A DNA stretch of 37,764 bases. Origin: a virus (lineage: Duplodnaviria > Heunggongvirae > Uroviricota > Caudoviricetes). This document shows, in pieces, positions 14,498 to 23,069 of this stretch (its first letter is position 1; each line of letters begins with the position of its first letter). The notes under the pieces were generated by a model that saw only the letters and a program-made list of their open reading frames with translations, was not told the DNA's origin and did no database searches. Where the stretch lies: the IMG/VR virus record IMGVR_UViG_2883489344_000002, one strand, 5' to 3'. Made by a program: the position numbers and the translations under genes.

Positions 14498-14526
14498 TTG
14501 CCCGCCAAGCGCGGGCTTTTTTATGC
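14498..14526 (+). terminator. Terminator after hicB
   Basis: TTGCCCGCCAAGCGCGGGCTTTTTTATGC. Confidence 0.85.
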
Positions 14527-14591
14527 TCCGTACCCAGCTGGTGGCTACAGGCTGTCAGAGTACTCCCCCCATTAAAAGACGTTAATTTGAA

Positions 14592-14800
14592 GTTTTTTAA
14601 TATTAAAAAACATTCATTTCATCTTAATAACCATTTCCCTGAATGTTTTTTCACCAGCTCCGTTATCCTTGACTGAAGATAGCTCACTAACTCTGAGCCT
14701 TTCAGTAAAAAGCATTATATGCGGGTCATGTGCTGGTGGCAGCTGGACAGGGCAGTAAAACAACAAGCCATTATTTCAATGTTTTTTAATATTAAAAAAC
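14592..14800. promoter_or_regulatory. Candidate partition centromere: two perfect 20-bp palindromes
   Basis: GTTTTTTAATATTAAAAAAC at 14592-14611 and 14781-14800. Related copies at 15462, 16144 and 16245 flank the par genes. Confidence 0.6.
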
Positions 14801-14916
14801 ACTAAAACAGTTGCCATTTGCATTTTTTTACACGCATATTCATCGGTTCGCATCCCCTTCAGTGGCAGACAGCCATACTTGATTTTCACCCTTTTCTGTA
14901 ACGAGAGGAGTATGTC

Positions 14917-15078
14917 ATGTCCAAAAGCGGCAGCGGCAGTAGCAAAGGTCAGTCATTATCCAATGGAGCCTCCAAGCCCCAGTCTGACCATCCAGATCCG
15001 GGCGGAAACTGGCCGAGCAAGGTTACAGGGGCGGAGTCAGGAGGCGGGAAAGGTAATGCTAAGCAAAAGGGAAAATGA
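14917..15078 (+). CDS. Small Gly/Ser/Lys-rich protein (53 aa), absent from the ORF track
   Basis: MSKSGSGSSKGQSLSNGASKPQSDHPDPGGNWPSKVTGAESGGGKGNAKQKGK. AGGAG is 6 nt before ATG 14917; a terminator follows. Confidence 0.6.
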   Translation: MSKSGSGSSKGQSLSNGASKPQSDHPDPGGNWPSKVTGAESGGGKGNAKQKGK

Positions 15079-15102
15079 GTATTGAGCAGAGAGGATGCTT
15101 TG

Positions 15103-15130
15103 TAGAAGCCCGCGCACGTTGCGGGCTTTC
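15103..15130. terminator. Terminator between the small ORF and the convergent par operon
   Basis: AAGCCCGC...GCGGGCTT hairpin. Confidence 0.7.
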
Positions 15131-15186
15131 ATCAGGATTGTTCGGTTGACAAGGCATCGCCATAATCCTGGGATGTGGACAGGCGG

Positions 15187-15450
15187 TTACTCGCCCCCTA
15201 CCGTTGCCCCTTTATTCAGCAACTGTCGAATAGCGATGTTGATGAGCGCGGCGCGTGATACTCCTTCGGTAGCGCTCCGGGCGTCAAGCTTCTCCAGCAC
15301 TTCCGGGTCGATGGTAAAGGTGATCTGTTGCTTCTTACCTTTCATCACGCCCTTCTTCTTCACCTCAACTCCATCAGGCGCTGAATTGATGAATTTCTCC
15401 TGCTCCACCTCAGAAGGGGTCGCTTTTTTAGGCAGCTTATTAATCGCCAT
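15187..15450 (-). CDS. RHH (ParG/CopG-like) partition DNA-binding protein
   Basis: QITFTIDPEVLEKLDARSATEGVSRAALINIAI RHH with a flexible N-terminus; directly downstream of parA. Confidence 0.8.
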   Translation of the reverse strand: MAINKLPKKATPSEVEQEKFINSAPDGVEVKKKGVMKGKKQQITFTIDPEVLEKLDARSATEGVSRAALINIAIRQLLNKGATVGGE

Positions 15451-15482
15451 TTAATATCACCTTAATATTAAAAACCTGTATT

Positions 15483-16130
15483 TTAATCGTTAAACAATGC
15501 TTTTACCAATGCCTCAAGCTCTGCTGATGCTTTGGGGTCAATGGGCTTATATTCCTGTACACACATGCCACCGCCTGCGGCATTGGAGAACGCTTTGCGG
15601 CCGACGATGGGGGTGGATAAAAATGCCAGCTCGGTATAGTCGGTGATGATTTCAGCGGCTTCACGGTTGTCGATAGAGTGAGGGTTGGCATCGGCCGCGT
15701 TGATGATGGTGTAGGCAATGAGGTCATCGCGCATACTCCGAGCCTCTTTAATCAGCTCCGAGATGTCTTCAAGCGCCCAAACGTCAAAACTGCCGGGGCG
15801 GTAAGGAACAAGTAGGACGTCAGTCAGGATCAGCGCAGCCCTCAGAGCGGTGGAGTCGCGCCCGCCCGCATCAATGATGATGTCGTCATATTTCCCGCGC
15901 TGCTGGAGCAGCTGGGAGCGGAGGATAGAGCCATCTGGGTATGCCGCACAGGCGATGCCCGGCAAGTCCTCACGTTCTGCCCGGAAGCCTATCGCGGTTT
16001 GGGCTGTACCCTGACGGTCACCATCGATCAGCAACACATCCCGTCCCTGCTTTGCTCGCGCAGCTGCAATGTTGATAGCAAGTGTCGTTTTACCCACTCC
16101 ACCTTTGGTGTTACCCACGGTCAGTATCAT
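15483..16130 (-). CDS. parA: Short ParA-family partition ATPase (type Ib-like, 215 aa)
   Basis: Deviant Walker A KGGVGKTT, VLLIDGDRQ and IIIDAGG; no N-terminal HTH. ATG 16130. Confidence 0.93.
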   Translation of the reverse strand: MILTVGNTKGGVGKTTLAINIAAARAKQGRDVLLIDGDRQGTAQTAIGFRAEREDLPGIACAAYPDGSILRSQLLQQRGKYDDIIIDAGGRDSTALRAALILTDVLLVPYRPGSFDVWALEDISELIKEARSMRDDLIAYTIINAADANPHSIDNREAAEIITDYTELAFLSTPIVGRKAFSNAAGGGMCVQEYKPIDPKASAELEALVKALFND

Positions 16131-16401
16131 ATTAATTTCATCCTTTTTAATATTAAAAAACCTCAATCGACATCATCATGTTACCTCGCCCAGATGCGCT
16201 GTCAATAAACCAGAATACAGTGAAAGAGCATTATTAAACATTACTTTAATATTAAAATAATGTTTTTTGATGGGGTTATGAGTAACAAGTAGAGAATTCT
16301 CAAGGAGTTGGACGTGAAGTGGTGAGAGAAGGTGACAGGCTAGTAATGCAGGTAGCTTTCGATGTGTGCTGGTGGGGCATTCAGCCGCTCGATGTGTTTA
16401 G

Positions 16402-16694
16402 GTATTTGGTAGCACGTATACATATGCGATCGAGGTCACATTATATTTACTTGCACGTATAAGGGGGGTGTGAACCTCGATAGAAGTTCAGAATGTATTT
16501 AGTTACACGTTAACAAGGCTACAATCTGTACTTTCACGTGTTTCTAAATACATTCGCATGAAGATATGGCTCAGGATTGCTCATAAATTAAGCTTTTCGA
16601 GGCCACCAAGATACAAGAACGTGTTACTAAATACATTTCATGAATGATTACGTGCTTGTAAATACCTTTTCGACGCCAACGTGCTACTAAATTC
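16402..16694. repeat. Copy-control (incA-like) iterons downstream of repA
   Basis: Seven CGTGNNNNTAAATAC-like 15-mers: minus strand at 16402, 16443, 16495; plus strand at 16537, 16620, 16651, 16680. Confidence 0.8.
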
Positions 16695-16702
16695 TTTTGG
16701 TC

Positions 16703-17590
16703 TTATTCGATGATATCTAAGGATTTTAACTTAGGATGACGCTCGAAAATGATAAACTGTATTTCTCTACCCTTCTTCGTCTCACTGTATGATAAATATC
16801 CAATTTTCTCTAAATCAGCCAGGGCACGGCGAATGATCTGATTTTGCACATTAACTGGGGATTCCATAGCTAATCTTTCACGTAACCTTTTCATTGATAT
16901 GAATAAAGTTCCGCTAGGCATACTCTCGAAGTAGATATAAAGGGATTGTGCAGCCTCTTTCTTCGCCAACTCAGCTAATGCCTTAAGCCCTAGCAACACT
17001 TTATGGTCATATCGATAAAGCTCCCATAACCGCTTGTCTCCAATGATTTCTACGGTATCGTTTTTGATGTCTAAAACAGCACTATGAACCAGGTGAGTGA
17101 TCATAGATTTCTGTCCATCTTTGGAGCTGAAGGCGAGTGTAAGGCTTGAGATATTGAATAGTGAGTCGTGTAAGCGAGTACGCAAGCGCGCTTTGATATC
17201 GACTGATTTGATACCACATAGCTTAGCAAACTCAACGAAAGGGAGGTTTATCTTTTCGCTTGAAAATCCATAAGTTGAGAATGCAGATATGATGCCTATC
17301 CATGTTTTGAAATCAGTAGACATATTCAATTTTGCACCTTGAATCTTGATGTTCGAATATCCCTCCTGGCGTGCAACTTCAAGGCTAGACAACTCTTCAG
17401 ATGCATCAATCTGAAAATCACGCTTTCCCTTGTTTTTTGGGGAAACAGGTGTGAATACGCTTAAGCGTAACAGTGCTACTGGTTGCACAGTCTTATGGCT
17501 ATTAGGTACTAGTTCATAAACTGTGCCAGACTCCTTCCTAACCACCGCAAATGGATTACCTAATTCGTTGTTTTCAGCGTTCTTTTCCAT
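16703..17590 (-). CDS. repA: Plasmid replication initiator, RepFIB/P1-RepA family
   Basis: KTVQPVALLRLSVFTP, IKIQGAKLNMSTDFKTWIGII, LWELYRYDHKVLL and AAQSLYIYFESMP; flanked by iterons. Confidence 0.93.
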   Translation of the reverse strand: MEKNAENNELGNPFAVVRKESGTVYELVPNSHKTVQPVALLRLSVFTPVSPKNKGKRDFQIDASEELSSLEVARQEGYSNIKIQGAKLNMSTDFKTWIGIISAFSTYGFSSEKINLPFVEFAKLCGIKSVDIKARLRTRLHDSLFNISSLTLAFSSKDGQKSMITHLVHSAVLDIKNDTVEIIGDKRLWELYRYDHKVLLGLKALAELAKKEAAQSLYIYFESMPSGTLFISMKRLRERLAMESPVNVQNQIIRRALADLEKIGYLSYSETKKGREIQFIIFERHPKLKSLDIIE

Positions 17591-17624
17591 TTATCCACAC
17601 CTATGATGAGAATTTAGCATTCAA

Positions 17625-17843
17625 CGTGTAAGTAAATACATATGGTACGTGAAAGTAAATACATTTTACGTGCAAGTAAATACTTAGATCGTGCAAGTAA
17701 ATACATTTTACGTGTAAGTAAATACACAAAGTGCCTTTTTTATTATTAAAATCATATAGATACAAGCTAGGTGATCTTTATTGATCTTGTTTTGATCTTA
17801 ATTGAAATAAAAGAATTGATCTAACCAGTGGATAAGTGGATAA
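17625..17843. promoter_or_regulatory. Plasmid replication origin
   Basis: Five CGTGNAAGTAAATAC iterons at 17625, 17648, 17669, 17690 and 17711 (spacing 23,21,21,21); AT-rich tract with four TGATCT; tandem DnaA-box-like GTGGATAA at 17827-17843; TTATCCACA at 17591. Confidence 0.92.
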
Positions 17844-17897
17844 GTGCCTGATAGCGCTCAGAAGCGCCCTACATTGCATAGGGCGCGCGCTGACGGA

Positions 17898-18383
17898 TCA
17901 GCCGGTAAGCTTGCCGCCAAAGTCCTGATAGGCCTTCAGGAGGCGATTGAGGTCGTTCTCATGCTGGCCATAGCCGGCACCTGGCAGGCTTGCCCAGATA
18001 TTGGCGCACTTCTTGACAGCTGACGTGATACGGCCGGCTTCGATATCAGCCAGTGCCGATCGCTCCTTTAGGAGCTGAATGCACAGCAGATCCTGGCTGG
18101 CCGCACTGAAATCCTTCAGGCCGAGCTGCTTTTTGTAGGCTGGCCACCAGCGATAAAGCTGCTGGTAAGCACCTGACGCCGTGGAGCGCTGCCCATTGCG
18201 GTTGAAAACCTTCCCCGTTCTGCCACTGGCAAAGGGGTGATCGGTGTAGTCGGTGAATACCTCTGGCTTACCGTCGATGCCGGTCACAATGACATCATAG
18301 CCGCCGTTGGTGGTCAGGGGATGGTGAAGGGTGCCTTCAGAAAAGCGCAGCATCTTCATGAATGCTGTGAGGTTTGCAGTCAT
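17898..18383 (-). CDS. Endolysin, lambda R-type lytic transglycosylase
   Basis: AFMKMLRFSEGT, GGYDVIV, STASGAYQ, DFSAASQD and CANIWASLPGAGYGQHE; no N-terminal SAR segment. Confidence 0.93.
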   Translation of the reverse strand: MTANLTAFMKMLRFSEGTLHHPLTTNGGYDVIVTGIDGKPEVFTDYTDHPFASGRTGKVFNRNGQRSTASGAYQQLYRWWPAYKKQLGLKDFSAASQDLLCIQLLKERSALADIEAGRITSAVKKCANIWASLPGAGYGQHENDLNRLLKAYQDFGGKLTG

Positions 18384-18474
18384 ATTTACTCCAGATATAA
18401 CTTTTGGGATATTCGCTGGCGTAAATCCTCATGTAGCAACAAGGACTCTTTTCAGAGTCCTTTTCCTTTTGCGC

Positions 18475-18495
18475 AGATTACCCAAAGTTACATCT
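18475..18495 (-). promoter_or_regulatory. P1-type late promoter for the endolysin
   Basis: Minus strand AGATGTAACTT-TGGG-TAATCT. Confidence 0.7.
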
Positions 18496-18508
18496 GTGCC
18501 CGTGGGCT

Positions 18509-18838
18509 TTAGCAAACATCGCCCTCCTCAAGGCGCTGGCGGTGCTCTTCCTCCATCGACTCCAGCTCATCCACCCAATCCTGCGGCAAGCCAGCCACTG
18601 AGATCGCGCACATGTCCAGCGCGCGGATCAGCGCGAACGGCTGGGCGACATTGCCGCGTAATGGATAGATACCCTGTGCCCCTGCTTCAGCGGTCATTGT
18701 GATCATACCGACCATTGCGTCGATATCCTCAAAGGCAAAATCCCCAGACACATCGAACTGGCATGGCTCTGTCACCTCATCGCCATGAAACGCCAATACC
18801 CCATGCTGGGATCCGGTACTGATTTGAATCTCGATCAT
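18509..18838 (-). CDS. hxr: P1 Hxr-like protein
   Basis: Position after ddrB; C-terminal LPQDWVDELESM resembles P1 Hxr. Confidence 0.6.
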   Translation of the reverse strand: MIEIQISTGSQHGVLAFHGDEVTEPCQFDVSGDFAFEDIDAMVGMITMTAEAGAQGIYPLRGNVAQPFALIRALDMCAISVAGLPQDWVDELESMEEEHRQRLEEGDVC

Positions 18839-20430
18839 ATTCCATGTACCTCTTTCAAAATGCCGGCGGCGAACTCAAGCAGCCCGTCACCATTGACCAG
18901 GGAAACCGCCCCTGCCTGGCTACCCACCAGGTACTCAAAGGCGGTAGAAAACACTTCTGTTGCTCTGGCACCATGGACATCTTTTGCCCCATAGATCTTG
19001 CCAATGTAAGGCGATGCAAAATTATCGATAATTGCAGCCTCATCTTTGTCAAAATTAGCGCCAGCATAAAATTTTCTGAGTGATGCAATGGCAGTAGTCG
19101 AACCTCCTGCCCGCTCCGTCAGGAAGGCCAAAGCCAACTTGAGATAATCCGGATTGGAATACTCAAAGTGATGGCCGATCTCATGCCACAGGACACGCTT
19201 GCCGCCCGTAGGGTTGAGCGAGATGCTCTGCTTGGAACGGCTGGCATAAGAGCGTTTGCGATGCAGGTCTATTTGCTTAAGCGTCTTGATGCGTCCGCCT
19301 GCCAGCTTGAATGCTGCTGCCAGGTCACGGAGCATCGCTCCTTCCCCAGCTGCTGCATCATACTCAGACATCAACATTTTGCTGATTTTTATGCCATTCG
19401 CCCATTCCTCAGCAGCCTCATCGCTGACGGTATCCATGCTTTCCAGCTTCTGGCGCAGCTCCTCAATCACGGGGGTTACTTTGCTAAGTGAATAGCCCAT
19501 AAACTGTTTAAGCCACGACGATGCGGCGTAGGAAGCGTCGTATGAGTAATTGCGGCACCCATCTCTTCGCTGGGGGTTACCATAGCCAAAACGCCCCTGA
19601 ATGAGGGCATCTTTCACTACCCCCGCTTTATCCCCGAACATGTTCTTCAAGTTTAACCATTCGAGCGAATCACCATTGGCAGGATCCAGCATATTGACCA
19701 CATACTCTTTTGCAGCGCTGACCATGGCATCGGCGGGGCTATTCAAACCAGAAAGCAGCGCCACCCCATCCGCTTTTTTGGTTTGATACGCGGCATTGGC
19801 CTCGTCCTGGCTGACACTGGCCTGCTCTACAGGCGGAGCAAGTAGCGTAAAAATCCGCACCAGCTCACCATCAAGAAGATCCCCAACACGGTTTTTGAGC
19901 AAAGCAACTGATGAGCCTTTGAGGGAGCCGTTTGACTCCTGCATAAATTTGAGCACGCCCTTGAGGTTCTCAATGCTGTCGTCAATCTCTTGTGGTGTGG
20001 TCGCTGCCATTCGCGCTTCCACAGCAGGCCGCAGACGATAAGCAGCACCGTTGACGAAAAACATTTTCCAGGCTTTATCATCGGACAGGCTTAAACCAGG
20101 AACGCCGATGATGTCAGTGCAGCTGCGGACAAAGCCCCAAAATGATGCGCCTGTGCCGTCCGGTAACAGGGCTTTTTTTGCGGTGTTGTAACTGGTGCCC
20201 ATGGTAGCGGTGGCCAGCTTCAAAAAAGCATCAATTACTGCATCGCTTGGCGAGTCCTGCTGCACCAATGCCAGGAGCTTGGTTTCAATGAAATTCTGCT
20301 TGCCTCGGACGCCGGCGCTGCCCCAAAAGCTGCTGATGGCTTGGGCAACCTCAGAAGCGGAGTCACAGGCGTTGATAATGCTCAGGGTTTGCTTATTTGC
20401 CCTGGGCATTTTGAGGGTATTTTTTAACAT
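18835..20430 (-). CDS. ddrB: DdrB-like virion protein, shortened (531 aa), with HExxH
   Basis: FKLAGGRIKTL, LWHEIGHHFEYSNP, ATEVFS and SLVNGDGLLE match the C-terminal part of P1 DdrB; syntenic. Alternative start ATG 20409. Confidence 0.82.
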   Translation of the reverse strand: MLKNTLKMPRANKQTLSIINACDSASEVAQAISSFWGSAGVRGKQNFIETKLLALVQQDSPSDAVIDAFLKLATATMGTSYNTAKKALLPDGTGASFWGFVRSCTDIIGVPGLSLSDDKAWKMFFVNGAAYRLRPAVEARMAATTPQEIDDSIENLKGVLKFMQESNGSLKGSSVALLKNRVGDLLDGELVRIFTLLAPPVEQASVSQDEANAAYQTKKADGVALLSGLNSPADAMVSAAKEYVVNMLDPANGDSLEWLNLKNMFGDKAGVVKDALIQGRFGYGNPQRRDGCRNYSYDASYAASSWLKQFMGYSLSKVTPVIEELRQKLESMDTVSDEAAEEWANGIKISKMLMSEYDAAAGEGAMLRDLAAAFKLAGGRIKTLKQIDLHRKRSYASRSKQSISLNPTGGKRVLWHEIGHHFEYSNPDYLKLALAFLTERAGGSTTAIASLRKFYAGANFDKDEAAIIDNFASPYIGKIYGAKDVHGARATEVFSTAFEYLVGSQAGAVSLVNGDGLLEFAAGILKEVHGI

Positions 20431-20481
20431 TTTTTCTGTTCCAGGGTGACCCGCCTCACCGGGCGCGGGTCACAATCGCCG

Positions 20482-20883
20482 TTAAGCCGCCTCAGCGGGT
20501 CGCTGTTGAATCCAAAGCACTGCCCCTGCCTTGATGTCATTTAACGTAATAAATGCGCCCTGGAAGGCCTCCAGCGCGTTTAACGTCGATATGAAGTCAT
20601 CAACCGGCTGCTGCTTAAAATCGCCAGCAAGGAAACGGGTCACAATCTCAGGTGCCCCCTGTTCCTCTTCAGGAGCTGTTGGCGCAGGGGCTGGTTCAGG
20701 TTTTGGCTCCGGCTCTGGCGTGGCTGCCGGTGTGCCAGCAGCCCCATAGCCAAGCTTCACCAGAACTTCATCAATCTGGTCATTCAGATCCAGCAGGTCG
20801 AGGCCTTTGGCCGTGGTCAGCTGCTCCAGTAACGCATCCAGCTCGTCATTGAGGTCGAGGCGCTCTAATGCCGTCAAAGCCAT
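20482..20883 (-). CDS. ddrA: P1 DdrA homologue
   Basis: MALTALERLDLNDELDALL...DQIDEVLVKLGYGA; follows darA. Confidence 0.88.
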   Translation of the reverse strand: MALTALERLDLNDELDALLEQLTTAKGLDLLDLNDQIDEVLVKLGYGAAGTPAATPEPEPKPEPAPAPTAPEEEQGAPEIVTRFLAGDFKQQPVDDFISTLNALEAFQGAFITLNDIKAGAVLWIQQRPAEAA

Positions 20884-20885
20884 GG

Positions 20886-23069
20886 TTAACCCCCCTGCCG
20901 CGCGACTGCGGCCAGCAGATCAGACAGGTGTTGCGCGGCAGCGTTTACCAGGTCTTCGTTTTCGTCATAGATGCCGGCATCGGTCAGGGCTGCAATAGCC
21001 TGGCGCACGGCGGCGCGCGCATTGCGGATCTCCACAATGTCAGCAGATTGCAAGCTGGCGATAGACTTCAGGTAGTCAATGGCCTGTTGTGCGGCTGAAT
21101 CTGCTTCTGGCTCTGGCTCCGGCGCGGGTTCAGGCTCGGGGACTGGTTCAGGTGCCGGAGCTGGCGCGGGTGCCGGCTCCGGTTCAGGTGTCGATGCTGC
21201 CCCACCACCTTCTGCCAGGGTCGGGAAGGGTTGGCCAAATGACACGGCATTGTGTACAGCAGCAACGTTGGATGCAGACGGATTCATGGCCAATTGGTGC
21301 GCCATCTCTCGCAAGGTATCATCGCTATAGTTGCGTGTTTCGCCCCAGGCAGCGACCAAATCACCCGCGTATCCGATCATCTCACCCAGCTTGTCGGCAC
21401 CCGTTAAGATGGCGGGGGTCGGCTCTGGCTCCGGCTCTGGGGCAGGTGTTGGCTGCGGGGCGGGAGGCGGATTGTCTTTCTTCACCTGCTTAAACAGATC
21501 AATAAATTTCTGGGTTGTTTTAGCGCCATAGCTTTGACGGACAGCCTGGAAACCACCGGCATCCTTCATGCTTTGCGGCAGATCATCGGCCTTCGGAGCA
21601 TTATTGTTCAGGTAGTCCAGATAGAAGAGGTTTTCATCGCCCTGATATGCCTTGATGAGAGGGATCAGATCATTCAGCAAGGCGGTGATGCTGGCTTGCG
21701 TCTGGACTTTCTGGAAGTCCACCAGCTCGTAATTAGCAACGTCGCTTTCGTCGAGCGGCGAGACATAAGCCACAGCCCCATGGCGGTAATTCGACGGGTC
21801 AAAATCCTTAGATTTCACAATGGCAAGGCTTGCAGCCTCCTCAGCTGTCGCAATAACCACAGGTTTCGGAGCTTGCGGAATTGCCCCCGGTCCAGCTGCG
21901 CGCGCGCGCAAACCATACCAGAACAATTTGCGCGGACCAGGATCGGTGTTGCCAGAGGAAGTGCCCATGCGCGCCTTAAGCGCCGGGATATCGCCCAGGT
22001 CAGATACCTGGCCTTTGTACATGATGAGGTCTTTCAGATCGCCTACGCTGATTGAGTCCAGACGGCTGGCAAGGTCAACCAGATCACCCGTGGAGATATT
22101 CTGGTTAAAAGCCCAGTTGGCAACATACGTGTCTTTGTAGTCGGATTTTGCCCGGATGGCATCGAGGGCGCTGGCGCGCGCCTGGCGCTCGGAAACTTGT
22201 GCCGCTGCATCGTCTTTTTTCTTCTGGGCAGCCGCCAATTCAGCCTGCAACTCCTCGTTTAGCTCTTCCTGCTGGTCAGCCTGATGGGTCAGCTGTTGCA
22301 GCTGCTGCGAGAGGTCATTGCTGGAAGCCTTCAGCTCGTCCCCCTGCTCCACCAGCGAGGCCTGTTGAGCTTCCAATTTGTCGCCCTCCTCCTGCACGTT
22401 GTCCAGCTCCGCCTTGAGCATTTTCTGCTTGGCCTGGGCGTGTTGGAACTTCGCGGTGTTTCGCTCAATCAGGTTTGATAGGGCATGAGTAACCTGCTTC
22501 AGGGAAATATCGCGGCCGTTGGAGGGGGAAACGGTATGGGTGACATCTTTCTTGTTCAGCAGGAACTGAAACGCAACCAGGGAGTCAGTGGCGGCAATGG
22601 TGCCGACATTGCCCGAAGGGCTGTGAAAGACCAGGGTCACCGTCTGACCATCCGAGAGCGGGATCACCGCCGGCATAACGGCCAGGCCTTGTACCTTGCG
22701 CACCCGGCCGATGTTCGCGCCACCGATAGACTGGCCGCCATCGTCAGTGTCGCCGTTGGTATCGTTGCCGGCCGTGATACCGGTGCCGTTAAGTCCCTGG
22801 TTCAGGGCGCGGACAAAGGCGCGCATCGTGCCGGAAAGGCGCGCCCGGGTCGAGGTCACCGCCTCAAACATGGCGCTGGCCTCAGCCATCACGGGGATGT
22901 CATAGAAATAAGTGGCCTCGATGTCTTCCAGGCTCACAGATTCCACCATGAAATGCTCGCCGTCGCCCTGATAAAGTGCAGCGATGGCGGCGGCCGGAAC
23001 GGGGCGGTTCACCACGTCCTGGCGGTTTTGCAGCACCATGCCGGTGCTCATGCGGATATCAGGCAGCAT
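20886..23069 (-). CDS. darA: P1 DarA antirestriction/capsid morphogenesis protein
   Basis: IPLSDGQTVTLVFHSP, LVAFQFLLNKKDVTHTV and C-terminal EIRNARAAVRQAIAAL...AAAQHLSDLL; PE/PA-rich linkers. Confidence 0.95.
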   Translation of the reverse strand: MLPDIRMSTGMVLQNRQDVVNRPVPAAAIAALYQGDGEHFMVESVSLEDIEATYFYDIPVMAEASAMFEAVTSTRARLSGTMRAFVRALNQGLNGTGITAGNDTNGDTDDGGQSIGGANIGRVRKVQGLAVMPAVIPLSDGQTVTLVFHSPSGNVGTIAATDSLVAFQFLLNKKDVTHTVSPSNGRDISLKQVTHALSNLIERNTAKFQHAQAKQKMLKAELDNVQEEGDKLEAQQASLVEQGDELKASSNDLSQQLQQLTHQADQQEELNEELQAELAAAQKKKDDAAAQVSERQARASALDAIRAKSDYKDTYVANWAFNQNISTGDLVDLASRLDSISVGDLKDLIMYKGQVSDLGDIPALKARMGTSSGNTDPGPRKLFWYGLRARAAGPGAIPQAPKPVVIATAEEAASLAIVKSKDFDPSNYRHGAVAYVSPLDESDVANYELVDFQKVQTQASITALLNDLIPLIKAYQGDENLFYLDYLNNNAPKADDLPQSMKDAGGFQAVRQSYGAKTTQKFIDLFKQVKKDNPPPAPQPTPAPEPEPEPTPAILTGADKLGEMIGYAGDLVAAWGETRNYSDDTLREMAHQLAMNPSASNVAAVHNAVSFGQPFPTLAEGGGAASTPEPEPAPAPAPAPEPVPEPEPAPEPEPEADSAAQQAIDYLKSIASLQSADIVEIRNARAAVRQAIAALTDAGIYDENEDLVNAAAQHLSDLLAAVARQGG

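Noticed and set aside
14879-15085. 68-aa ORF in the track
   Set aside because: The SD is 1 nt from its ATG (14912) but 6 nt from ATG 14917 in another frame, which was preferred.
16576-16589. P1 C1-operator-like ATTGCTCATAAATT
   Set aside because: Two bases short of the 17-bp consensus as recalled, a single copy, and not at a lytic promoter.
20700-21450. Short GGCTCCGGCTCTGG-type repeats in ddrA and darA
   Set aside because: Explained by Pro-Glu/Pro-Ala linkers in the proteins.
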